A DNA stretch of 64,000 nt from Gammaproteobacteria bacterium (GTDB lineage Bacteria > Pseudomonadota > Gammaproteobacteria > JAABTG01). The first letter of the stretch is position 1; every line of letters begins with the position of its first letter. Positions 9,788 through 18,660 of this stretch are shown here, piece after piece. The stretch spans positions 185,633-249,632 of the forward strand of contig JAGNLM010000002.1 in assembly GCA_017999615.1 (NCBI GenBank), in the 5' to 3' direction. A program made the translations under genes and the position numbers. The notes under the pieces are model-generated. The model had not been told where the DNA came from, searched no databases, and saw only the letters and a list, made by a program, of their open reading frames with translations.

Positions 9788-12766
9788 ATGTCCATGAGTG
9801 CCGTCACCGCCCCGCGTCCCCCGACGCAGCCGTCCCGTATCGTCAAGCGCGACGGGACCCAGGTCCCCTTCGACGCCGAGCGCATCTACTCGGCGATCCT
9901 GCGCGCGGGCCAAGCGACCGGCGACTTCGCGGAGGACGAGGCGCGGTTGCTGACGGCGCAGGTGGTGAAGTTCGTCAGCCACCGCTTCAGCGCCGAGGAG
10001 CCGCCCACCATCGAGCGTGTTCAGGACGTGGTGGAGCAGGTGCTCATCAGCGCCAATCACCTGCAGACCGCGCGCGCGTACATCGTCTACCGCGAGCAGC
10101 ACAAGCGCCTGCGCGACGACCGCCGCACCCTGGTGGACGTGGAGAGCTCCATCCGCGAGTACCTGGACCGCTCGGACTGGCGCGTGTCGGCCAACGCCAA
10201 CCAGGGCTACTCCCTCGGCGGGCTCATCCTGAACACCGCCGGCAAGGTCGTCGCCAACTACTGGCTCTCCCACGTCTACCCCCCCGAGATCGGCAACGCC
10301 CACCGGGAGGGCGACGTGCACATCCACGACCTCGACATGCTCGCGGGGTACTGCGCCGGCTGGTCGCTGCGCACGCTCCTCACCGAGGGCCTGAACGGGG
10401 TTCCCGGCAAGGTGGAGGCAGGTCCCCCGAAGCACATGTCGAGCGCGGTCGGCCAGATCGTCAACTTTCTCGGCACGCTGCAGAACGAGTGGGCGGGCGC
10501 GCAGGCCTTCAGCTCGTTCGACACCTACATGGCGGCGTTCGTGCGCAACGACGGGCTCGGCTACCCCGAGGTGAAGCAGTACGTCCAGGAGCTCATCTAC
10601 AACCTGAACGTGCCCTCGCGCTGGGGGACACAGTGCGTCGACGCCGAGACCGAGTGCCTGACCGACAGGGGCTGGCGGCGCTACGACGAAATCACGGCCG
10701 GCGACCGCATCCTGACGTTTGACTGCGAGCGGAACGCGTTCGAGTACCTGGCGCCGCTCGCGGTCACCGCGTACGACTTCGACGGCGAGATGTACGTCCT
10801 GGAAAATCGGACCCAGGAGCAGTGGATCACACCGGGACACCGGGTCGTACGCAAGCTCTTCCATACGGAGAGCCGCTGGGTGCTCGAGCCGATCGAGGAC
10901 GTGCTCAAGCTGAAATCGCCCTTCATCGTTCCGAATGCCGGCGAGACCCCGGCGACGGTGGAGATGGACGACCGGATGGTCGAGCTGCTGGCCTGGACCG
11001 TCGCGGAGGGGAACTTCGATACCAGCGAGAGCCGCACTCGCGTCTCCCTCTTCCAGTCCACCGTGAACGAGGACAACGTCAGCGCGATCCGCCAGACCCT
11101 GGAGGATCTCGCTTACTCCTATCACGAGCGCCAGGCCGTGGGCGGGTTTTCGCGTCACCCGACCTATCGATTCCGGCTGAACCGCGACGGAAGCGAGGCG
11201 ATTGCGGCGCACACGGACCGCAAGGTCGTGCCCCCCGTGATCCGCACATTGTCGGCCCGGCAGATCCGTCTCTTCCTCGAAACCTACACCAAGGGCGACG
11301 GCAGCACCGAGCCGAGCGGGCGCATCCGCCTCTACACCCGGGACCGCGAGAACCTGGATGCCCTGCAAGAGCTCTGCGTGCTCGCCGGCTGGGGCAGCAC
11401 AGTCCACCGGCGTCAGGACTCCGGCGTCTACGTGCTGAACATCGTTCGCAATCGCGAGACCTACATCCAGAGCGTCACCCGTCGCCCCTACCGGGGCAAG
11501 GTGTGGTGCCCGACGACCCGAAACGGAACCTTCGTGGCCCGCCGTCACGGCAAGACCTTCGTGACCGGGAACACCCCGTTCACGAACTTGACCTTCGACT
11601 GGGTCTGCCCCGAGGACCTGCGCCCGCAGGTGCCGGTCATCGGCGGGAAGGAGATGCCGTTCACCTACGGTGAGCTGCAGCCCGAGATGGACCTGATCAA
11701 TCGGGCCTACATCGAGGTGATGACCGCGGGCGACGCGAAGGGCCGCGTGTTCACCTTCCCGATCCCGACCTACAACGTCACGCCGGACTTCCCCTGGGAG
11801 AGCGAGAACGCGGACCGGCTCTTCGCCATGACGGCGAAGTACGGCCTGCCCTACTTCCAGAACTTCCTGAACTCGGAACTGAAGCCGAACATGATCCGAT
11901 CCATGTGCTGCCGCCTGCAGCTCGATCTCCGCGAGCTGCTCAAGCGCGGCAACGGGCTCTTCGGGTCGGCCGAGCAGACCGGGTCGGTGGGCGTCGTCAC
12001 CATCAACTGCGCGCGCCTCGGGTATCTCTTCCCCGGCGACGAGGCGGGGCTCTTCGCGCGCATGGATCAGCTCCTCGAGCTCGCCCGCAACAGCCTCGAG
12101 ATCAAGCGCAAGGTGATCCAGCGCCACATGGACGCGGGGCTCTTCCCCTACACCAAGCGCTACCTCGGCACGCTGCGCAACCACTTCTCGACCATCGGCG
12201 TGAACGGCATCAACGAGATGATCCGCAACTTCACCGCGGGTGCCGAGGACATCACGACCCCCTGGGGCGAGGAGCTCGCGTCGCGCTTCCTCGACCACAT
12301 CCGCGCGCGGATGGTGGAATTCCAGGAGTCGACGGGCCACCTCTACAACCTCGAGGCGACGCCCGCCGAAGGCACGACCTACCGGTTCGCAAAGGAGGAC
12401 CGCAAGCGCTTCCCGGGGATCCTGCAGGCCGGCAGCCCCGAGGCCCCGTACTACACCAACTCCTCGCAGCTTCCGGTGGGCTTCACCGACGACCCGTTCG
12501 AGGCCCTGGAGCGCCAGGAGAAACTGCAGAAGAAGTACACCGGCGGCACGGTGCTGCACCTCTACATGAGCGAGCGCATCTCGAGCGCCGATGCCTGTCG
12601 GCAGCTCGTCAAACGGGCGCTGGAGCGCTTCCGTGTCCCGTACATCACGGTGACGCCCACGTTCTCCATCTGCCCCAAGCACGGGTACCTGTCCGGTGCC
12701 CACGAGTTCTGTCCCTTCTGCGACGAGGAGGCCCTCGCCCGCAAGCAGGCCGGGGCGTTGCATTGA
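9788..12766 (+). CDS. nrdD: anaerobic ribonucleoside-triphosphate reductase large protein NrdD (class III), intein-containing, lacking the C-terminal glycyl-radical domain
   Basis: N-terminal ATP-cone; conserved NrdD core; Zn-ribbon CPKHG...CPFC at the C-terminus; about 313 extra residues bounded by intein motifs; protein stops before the RVxGY glycyl-radical motif. Confidence 0.9.
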   Translation: MSMSAVTAPRPPTQPSRIVKRDGTQVPFDAERIYSAILRAGQATGDFAEDEARLLTAQVVKFVSHRFSAEEPPTIERVQDVVEQVLISANHLQTARAYIVYREQHKRLRDDRRTLVDVESSIREYLDRSDWRVSANANQGYSLGGLILNTAGKVVANYWLSHVYPPEIGNAHREGDVHIHDLDMLAGYCAGWSLRTLLTEGLNGVPGKVEAGPPKHMSSAVGQIVNFLGTLQNEWAGAQAFSSFDTYMAAFVRNDGLGYPEVKQYVQELIYNLNVPSRWGTQCVDAETECLTDRGWRRYDEITAGDRILTFDCERNAFEYLAPLAVTAYDFDGEMYVLENRTQEQWITPGHRVVRKLFHTESRWVLEPIEDVLKLKSPFIVPNAGETPATVEMDDRMVELLAWTVAEGNFDTSESRTRVSLFQSTVNEDNVSAIRQTLEDLAYSYHERQAVGGFSRHPTYRFRLNRDGSEAIAAHTDRKVVPPVIRTLSARQIRLFLETYTKGDGSTEPSGRIRLYTRDRENLDALQELCVLAGWGSTVHRRQDSGVYVLNIVRNRETYIQSVTRRPYRGKVWCPTTRNGTFVARRHGKTFVTGNTPFTNLTFDWVCPEDLRPQVPVIGGKEMPFTYGELQPEMDLINRAYIEVMTAGDAKGRVFTFPIPTYNVTPDFPWESENADRLFAMTAKYGLPYFQNFLNSELKPNMIRSMCCRLQLDLRELLKRGNGLFGSAEQTGSVGVVTINCARLGYLFPGDEAGLFARMDQLLELARNSLEIKRKVIQRHMDAGLFPYTKRYLGTLRNHFSTIGVNGINEMIRNFTAGAEDITTPWGEELASRFLDHIRARMVEFQESTGHLYNLEATPAEGTTYRFAKEDRKRFPGILQAGSPEAPYYTNSSQLPVGFTDDPFEALERQEKLQKKYTGGTVLHLYMSERISSADACRQLVKRALERFRVPYITVTPTFSICPKHGYLSGAHEFCPFCDEEALARKQAGALH
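10634..11572 (+). mobile_element. intein with LAGLIDADG-type homing-endonuclease domain, inserted in-frame in nrdD
   Basis: Starts CVDAETECLTDRG, which aligns with intein block A of Sce VMA (CFAKGTNVLMADG). Two degenerate LAGLIDADG-like motifs (LLAWTVAEGNFD, LFLETYTKGDGS). Ends NGTFVARRHGKTFVTGN followed by Thr (+1). Flanking exteins join as SRWGTQ-TPFTNLTFDW. Confidence 0.75.
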
Positions 12767-12882
12767 CGAAGGGAAACCGCAGAGGCGCGAAGGCGCAGGG
12801 AAGATTTGCCGTGTCGAATCTTCCGATTGCCTCGTGCCTCGGTAGTGAGTGACTGAGAACAGGACTTCAGGAGGAGAAACCG

Positions 12883-13050
12883 ATGCGTGAAGATGGAATC
12901 GATCTGAACGAGAACGAGCGCACGCGCTGCGAGGTGTGGACGCGGGTGATGGGCTACCACCGCCCGGTGACCGCGTTCAACCCCGGCAAGCAGTCCGAGC
13001 ACCGGGAACGCACCCCGTTCCTCGAGAGCCGCTGCGCGCCGCGCTGCTGA
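12883..13050 (+). CDS. stand-alone glycyl-radical domain protein (NrdD C-terminal module encoded separately, 55 aa)
   Basis: AGGAGG SD 8 nt before ATG; contains TRVMGYHRPVTAFNPGKQSEHRER, matching the NrdD glycyl-radical signature RVxGY...FNxGKxxExxER; ends in the Cys pair CAPRC. Confidence 0.6.
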   Translation: MREDGIDLNENERTRCEVWTRVMGYHRPVTAFNPGKQSEHRERTPFLESRCAPRC

Positions 13051-13069
13051 TTGCGGCCAGGGCCTTCTT

Positions 13070-13108
13070 CCCCTGCGGCAGGGGGCTTCTTTCCCCTGCC
13101 GCAGGGGG
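13070..13108. terminator. two tandem GC hairpins between the convergent glycyl-radical gene and the BT1 transporter
   Basis: cccctgcggcaggggg and cccctgccgcaggggg, each a 7-bp stem, embedded in a 22-bp imperfect direct repeat. Confidence 0.35.
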
Positions 13109-13118
13109 TTGCCTCCCC

Positions 13119-14825
13119 TCAGGCGCTGCGCAGCCGGGCCAGGCGGACGACGGCGACAGCGGCGAGGGGCGCGAGCAGCCCGATCAGCATGGCGGTGAGC
13201 ATCAACTCGCCAAGGGCGCTGTAGTCCGCGGGCACCTGCACTGCCCCGGTTGCGGCGTCCTTCACCTCCCGCGTCACCACGAACCACTCGTTCAGATACT
13301 TCGTGCCCAGCTGACTCGCCGACAGGGCGAGGTTCGTGAACGAGGCCATCACCGCGAAGAACGTCGCCTTCAGGCCTGCCGGCGCGGAATTCGCGATCCA
13401 CGCGAGCATGGGCACCATCGCCACCTGACCGAGCGGTGACTCAAGGGCGGTGTCCACCAGCGCGATGAAGCGCGCGTCCACCACCCCACCGGTGAGCGCC
13501 GCCGCCCACTCGTGCAGCCCATGGTACATGCCGATGATCGGCAGGTAGAGGGCGCTCGCCACGAGGGTCAGCACCACCACCACGACGGCGATCGAGCGCT
13601 CGGCCATGAACCGCCGGAACAGGAACAGCCCGACGAGCGCCAGGGCGCTGCTGATGAGCGAGAGCACCGCGAGGAACTGCTGGTCGAAGCCGAGCCGGTC
13701 GATCATCCACCAGGTCTGCCCCGCCCCGGGGGTCGGCATCGCGCGGTAGACGAAGATCACGATCGCCGTTCCCAGGAGCACGCGCCGCGCGGGCGCGTCG
13801 AGCACGAGGACCAGCCGGTACATCAGGAACAGCACGATCGCCATGGACCCGGCAAAGACGATCTCCTGGTCGTAGGGCACGTCGCTCAGGCCGATCACGA
13901 CCGTGAAGAAAACGAACACGATGCTGCCGCCCAGGATCCAGAGGTTCGGCTCGGTGCGCGTGACCTCGCCCTCGAGGAGCCGGTGCGCCGCCCGCGCCTC
14001 GATCCCGCCACCCGTCAGGCGGCGGACCGCCCGGCGCTTGAGGTAGGCCGCGAGCACCACGCCGAGCACGGAGACGACCGGGATGAGGAGCGCCCACTCG
14101 TAGATCCGCACGTACGCGGAGAGCTTCGCCCCATCCGACATGTTCGCCACGCCCTCGAACACGTACACGTTCAGGAGTGAGACGAACACGCCGCCGCCGA
14201 TGATGGCGATGCGCCCGAGGGTCTGCATCGTCGTGTGCATGAGCTTGCGGGCGGCGGAGTCGATGGGCTCGCCCGCCGCGTCCACGCGGGGCACCGCCTC
14301 CACCGTCATGGCGTCGGCGACCACGTCCTGCAGCACGTACCCGATCGGGGCGAGCAGCACGCTCGCCACGTACCAGGCATCCACCGGCATCACCGCCTCC
14401 ATGACGGCACGTTCGGTGAGCAGCGCGAGCATGATGGAGAGGCTCGCGGTGATGAGTCCGGCGCCCCCGAACACCAGCACGCCCTTGAAGCGCCAGAGGA
14501 GGTCCACGAGGTGCCCGAGGGGCATCTTGAGCGCCCAGGGGATCCCCGCCCAGAAGCCGAGCGCGGCGAGGAACGCCGCCGAGAGTCCGAGGTACTCCTT
14601 GACGAAGAAGGTGCCGACGATGCCGGTCAGCCCCGACACCCCCGCTGCCACGTAGACCATGAGCGGCGGCAGGTACGACCAGCGCATCTGCCTCCCGAGG
14701 TCCACCACGTTGCGGTCGAGCCAGGCCCGGAGGCCGCTCGGCGTGCTTTGTCCCTGCAAGACGTCGCCCTCCTCTCCTGGTGCCGGCGGGAAGCGGCGCG
14801 GGCGCTGCGTGCGCGCCGGGAGCAC
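13119..14825 (-). CDS. folate-biopterin transporter (BT1) family MFS membrane protein
   Basis: About 12 TM helices with BT1-like composition; start uncertain (alternative Met 46 codons downstream at 14687). Confidence 0.65.
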   Translation of the reverse strand: MLPARTQRPRRFPPAPGEEGDVLQGQSTPSGLRAWLDRNVVDLGRQMRWSYLPPLMVYVAAGVSGLTGIVGTFFVKEYLGLSAAFLAALGFWAGIPWALKMPLGHLVDLLWRFKGVLVFGGAGLITASLSIMLALLTERAVMEAVMPVDAWYVASVLLAPIGYVLQDVVADAMTVEAVPRVDAAGEPIDSAARKLMHTTMQTLGRIAIIGGGVFVSLLNVYVFEGVANMSDGAKLSAYVRIYEWALLIPVVSVLGVVLAAYLKRRAVRRLTGGGIEARAAHRLLEGEVTRTEPNLWILGGSIVFVFFTVVIGLSDVPYDQEIVFAGSMAIVLFLMYRLVLVLDAPARRVLLGTAIVIFVYRAMPTPGAGQTWWMIDRLGFDQQFLAVLSLISSALALVGLFLFRRFMAERSIAVVVVVLTLVASALYLPIIGMYHGLHEWAAALTGGVVDARFIALVDTALESPLGQVAMVPMLAWIANSAPAGLKATFFAVMASFTNLALSASQLGTKYLNEWFVVTREVKDAATGAVQVPADYSALGELMLTAMLIGLLAPLAAVAVVRLARLRSA

Positions 14826-14872
14826 CCCGGGGGGCGCCGCCTCCCCGGCGAGGCGCGAGTATACTTGCCCCC

Positions 14873-15571
14873 ATGCTGGAAATCGGCGGCCTCACGCCGC
14901 TCACCACCATCGACTTCCCCGGTCGCCTCGCCGCCGTGGTCTTCTGCCAGGGCTGCCCCTGGCGCTGCGGCTACTGCCAGAACGCGCACCTGATCCCGCC
15001 CTCGGCCGAGAAGGCGGTCCCGTGGGTGGACGTCCTCGCGTTCCTCGAGCGCCGCCGCGGCCTCCTCGAGGGGGTGGTGTTCAGCGGCGGCGAGCCGACC
15101 CTGCAGTCGGGACTGCCGGAGGCCCTGCGTCAGGTCCGGGGCCTCGGCTTCGCCACCGGACTGCACACGGCGGGCCCCTATCCCGAGCGGCTCGCGGCGG
15201 TGCTGCCCCTCCTCGACTGGGTCGGGCTCGACGTGAAGGCGAAGGCCGCGGCCTACCCCGCGCTCACTGCGGGAGGTCCTGCGAGCGGCGAGCGGGCCTG
15301 GCAGAGCCTGCGCCGGGTGCTCGCGAGCGGGGTCGCCTGCGAGGTGCGCACCACCATCCACCCGGACCTCCTCCCCGAGGCCGACCTCCTCTCCCTCGCC
15401 AGCGTGCTCGCCGAGGCCGGGGTGACGGACTACGCGCTGCAGGAATGCGTGACCGGGCGCTGCCTCGACCCGGCGCTCGCCCGCCCCTCGCGGCCTGCGA
15501 GGGTCTCGGCGGCGCTCTCCGCAGCCCTCGCAGGCCTGTTCCCGCGGTTCACGGTCCGGCGGGAGTCCTGA
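14873..15571 (+). CDS. nrdG: anaerobic ribonucleotide reductase activating protein NrdG (radical SAM)
   Basis: CQGCPWRCGYCQN radical-SAM cluster motif right after the start MLEIGGLTP; glycine-rich SAM motif GGEP. Confidence 0.85.
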   Translation: MLEIGGLTPLTTIDFPGRLAAVVFCQGCPWRCGYCQNAHLIPPSAEKAVPWVDVLAFLERRRGLLEGVVFSGGEPTLQSGLPEALRQVRGLGFATGLHTAGPYPERLAAVLPLLDWVGLDVKAKAAAYPALTAGGPASGERAWQSLRRVLASGVACEVRTTIHPDLLPEADLLSLASVLAEAGVTDYALQECVTGRCLDPALARPSRPARVSAALSAALAGLFPRFTVRRES

Positions 15572-15722
15572 AGCCCCTGAGGCCGGCCCTGGCCAGAAGG
15601 GCCGGAAGCCCCCCGGCGACCGCTGCCGATTGACTTAACCTATGTTATCATGTACCAGGTAGACGCTCGTGTATTCTGGGTTACTTTCAATTGGATGCCC
15701 TCGACGGGCAGGCGGACTTGGG

Positions 15723-16913
15723 ATGGACAGCAACGCGCCGATTCAATCGGCCTTTCCGCGTTTGAAGATCCGGGACTTCAGCCTCCTGCCGGTGGTGCAG
15801 GGGGGCATGGGGGTCGGGATCTCCGGACATCGGCTGGCGGGTTCCGTGGCCCGGGAGGGCGCGGTCGGCACGATTGCCTCCGTGGAGCTGCGCCGGCTGC
15901 ACCCCGACCTGATGGAGCGGGCCGGAAAGTCGCGGGACCACGGGGCCATCGCGGCCACCAACCTCGAGGCGCTCGACCGTGAGGTGCAGGCCGCACGGGA
16001 GATCGCCGGGCCCGGCGGCTTCATCGCCGTCAACGTCATGCGCGCGGTCAAGCACTACGCCGACCTCGTCCGCCAGGCCTGCCGCAGCGGCGCCAACGCC
16101 ATCGTCATGGGCGCGGGCCTGCCCATGGACCTCCCCGAGCTCGCCGAGGGCCACGGCGACGTGGCGCTCATCCCGATCCTGTCCGAGGAGCGTGGCGTGC
16201 GCGCCGTGCTCAAGAAGTGGATGCGCAAGGGCGTCCTGCCGGACGCGATCGTCCTGGAACACCCCCGCTATGCCGGGGGCCATCTCGGTGCGACCCGGAT
16301 CGAGGAAGTGAACGATCCGCGTTTCGACTTCTCTCGGGTGCTGGACGCCGTGCGCGACGTCTTCAAGACGCTCGGCCTGGCGACGGACCGCATCCCGCTC
16401 ATCCCGGGCGGGGGCATCAACGCCTTCGAGCGGGTGAAGGAGCTGTTCGCGTGGGGCGCCTCCGCGGTCCAGGTCGGCACCCCCTTCGCGGTGACCCGGG
16501 AATCCGATGCCCACATCAACTTCAAGCGGGTTCTCGCCGAGGCCGGCCCCGAGGACATCGTGACCTTCATGAGTGCGGCGGGACTGCCCGCGCGGGCGGT
16601 GCTCACCCCCTGGCTAAAGCGCTACCTGGCGCGGGAAAAGGACCTGCGGGCTCGAGCCAAACCGGACCGGTCCCACTGCGGGCGCCAGGTGGAGTGCCTT
16701 AACTTCTGCGGGCTCAAGGACGGCGACGGCGCGGCAGGGCAGTTCTGTATCGAGACCCAGCTCGCGGCGGCACAGCGCGGCGACGTCAATCTGGGGCTCT
16801 TCTTCCGCGGGTCCGAGAGCCTGCCCTTCGGGCGGGAGATCCGCTCGGTGCACGAGCTCCTGACCTATCTGCTGAGCGGGGTCCGGCCCACGGCTCCTGC
16901 AGCGGCGGCCTGA
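15723..16913 (+). CDS. nitronate monooxygenase / 2-nitropropane dioxygenase (NMO, FabK-like) family flavoprotein
   Basis: TIM-barrel FMN-type GGMGVG motif, internal GAG and PGGGI motifs. Confidence 0.75.
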   Translation: MDSNAPIQSAFPRLKIRDFSLLPVVQGGMGVGISGHRLAGSVAREGAVGTIASVELRRLHPDLMERAGKSRDHGAIAATNLEALDREVQAAREIAGPGGFIAVNVMRAVKHYADLVRQACRSGANAIVMGAGLPMDLPELAEGHGDVALIPILSEERGVRAVLKKWMRKGVLPDAIVLEHPRYAGGHLGATRIEEVNDPRFDFSRVLDAVRDVFKTLGLATDRIPLIPGGGINAFERVKELFAWGASAVQVGTPFAVTRESDAHINFKRVLAEAGPEDIVTFMSAAGLPARAVLTPWLKRYLAREKDLRARAKPDRSHCGRQVECLNFCGLKDGDGAAGQFCIETQLAAAQRGDVNLGLFFRGSESLPFGREIRSVHELLTYLLSGVRPTAPAAAA

Positions 16914-17821
16914 CCTGCCAGGCCGACCGACTCCCGCCGGGCCAGCTCGGCCTCGATGGCGTTCAGCACGCGCCACTTCCAGGCGCACCACTCCGGGGCG
17001 AGGAGCACGGAGCGTGGCGCCGTGCCCGTGAGCCGGTGGAACTCCACCTCCGGCGGGGTGGCCTCGACGATGTCACAGGCCGCCTCCACGTACTCCTCCA
17101 GGGTGAGGGGCCGGTAAGCGCCCCTGCGCCACTCCACGGCAAGGCGGGTGCCCCGCACCACGTGCAGCGGGTGCACCTTGAGACCGTCCACCCCCAGTTC
17201 CAGCACCCGCTCGAGGCTGGTCCGGGCGTGCCAGGGGGACTCCCCGGGCAACCCGACGATCAGATGAGTGCAGAGCGCGAGCCCCCGGGAGTGGATCGCG
17301 TGCGCGGCCGCCCGGTACTCAGCAAAGCCGTGGCCGCGACGGACCCGGCGCAGGGTCTCGTCGAAGGCCGACTGCAGCCCGAGCTCGATCCAGACTTCGC
17401 GGCCCTCGTCCCGGTAGCCCGCCAGGAGGTCGAGCACGCCGTCCTCCAGACAGTCGGGGCGCGTCCCCACCGCCAGCCCCACCACGTCCGGCTCGGCCAG
17501 CGCCTCCCGGTAGAGCCGGTCCAGGTGCTCCACGGCCCCGTAGGTATTGGTGTACGCCTGGAAATAGGCGATGTAACGCCGCGCCCCGGTGCGCCGGCGG
17601 ATGACCGCCCGGCCGGCGTCGATCTGCTCGGCCACGCTGCGGGGCTCCCGGTCGTTCGGGCTGAACGAGGCGTTGTTGCAGAAGGCGCAGCCGCCCCTAC
17701 CGAGCGTCCCGTCCCGGTTCGGGCAGGTGAACCCCGCGTCGATCGCCACCTTGTGGACACGCTCGCCATACCGGCGCAGGAGCGCCTGGCCGAACGTGTT
17801 GACGTGCTGGGCGAGGGTCAT
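16865..17821 (-). CDS. radical SAM protein, TIGR01212 (YhcC-like) family
   Basis: N-terminal CPNRDGTLGRGGCAFC cluster motif of the TIGR01212 family, about 318 aa. Confidence 0.85.
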   Translation of the reverse strand: MTLAQHVNTFGQALLRRYGERVHKVAIDAGFTCPNRDGTLGRGGCAFCNNASFSPNDREPRSVAEQIDAGRAVIRRRTGARRYIAYFQAYTNTYGAVEHLDRLYREALAEPDVVGLAVGTRPDCLEDGVLDLLAGYRDEGREVWIELGLQSAFDETLRRVRRGHGFAEYRAAAHAIHSRGLALCTHLIVGLPGESPWHARTSLERVLELGVDGLKVHPLHVVRGTRLAVEWRRGAYRPLTLEEYVEAACDIVEATPPEVEFHRLTGTAPRSVLLAPEWCAWKWRVLNAIEAELARRESVGLAGQAAAAGAVGRTPLSR

Positions 17822-17893
17822 CGAGATGACGCAAAGACCCCGCGCGGTTTCCCGGCGGGGTCCTTGCAGACTGCTTTGCGGTCGGGCGACTGC

Positions 17894-18454
17894 TTACTTC
17901 ACGATGACCGCGTCGACGTCCACCTCGGCGCGGCGGTTCTTCGCACGGCCTTCCGCGGTCTTGTTCGAGGCGACCGGCTGCGACTCACCGAAGCTCTTGG
18001 TGGTGACCTTGGAGGAGGCCACGCCCTTGGAGACCAGGTAGTCCTTCACCACGTCGGCGCGGCGCTGACCGAGCTTCACGTTGTACGCGTCGGAGCCGAC
18101 GCTGTCGGTGTGGCCGGAGACCGCTACGGCGGTGACGTCCGCGCCCTTCAGGCGCGCCAGGAGGTCGTCCAGGATCTGCTTGCCGGCGGGCTTCAGCTGG
18201 GACTTGTCGAAGTCGAAGTGCAGGTTGCCCTCGAGCACCGCCTTGTCCTTGATCTTCTCGACCTTCTTGGCAGCCTCGCACTCCGGATATGCATCCTTCT
18301 GGCGGTAGACGCTCTTCACGCACTCGCCCCAGGTGTCCTTCGCCGGCTTGCCGTAGGTGTCATAAGCATAACCCGGCAGCTGCTGCGCGCCCGCCGTGCC
18401 GACGGCCAGCATGGAAGCGGCCAGAACGCTGATCGCCATCAGATGTTTATGCAT
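17894..18454 (-). CDS. OmpA-family periplasmic/outer-membrane protein
   Basis: Signal peptide MHKHLMAISVLAASMLAVGTAGA; OmpA C-terminal domain motifs GHTDSVGSDAYNVKLGQRRA; alternative start at 18493. Confidence 0.7.
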   Translation of the reverse strand: MHKHLMAISVLAASMLAVGTAGAQQLPGYAYDTYGKPAKDTWGECVKSVYRQKDAYPECEAAKKVEKIKDKAVLEGNLHFDFDKSQLKPAGKQILDDLLARLKGADVTAVAVSGHTDSVGSDAYNVKLGQRRADVVKDYLVSKGVASSKVTTKSFGESQPVASNKTAEGRAKNRRAEVDVDAVIVK

Positions 18455-18660
18455 TTGTATGCTCCGTTCCCAGATGTAGAAGACTTTCACCATCGGAAGC
18501 AGCCACCGCCGTCCGTCGCCCGGACTCTCAGGCGACCTCGCAGACCCAACGCCTAACGGTGGCCTGCAGCCCCCCGGCACAGCTCCGATAGTGCAACTAC
18601 CGGCCTAAAGAATATACAGCTTCCAGCGTGCAGGCAAGCTTAGCGCTGCAAGTTAACACG

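Noticed and set aside
12767-12882. Intron, programmed frameshift or stop-codon readthrough joining nrdD to the glycyl-radical ORF
   Set aside because: 116 nt is too short for a group I or II intron. The downstream ORF is in a different frame, and in-frame readthrough hits another stop after 28 codons. The small ORF has its own AGGAGG RBS, so two genes is the simplest reading. A bypass mechanism cannot be formally excluded.
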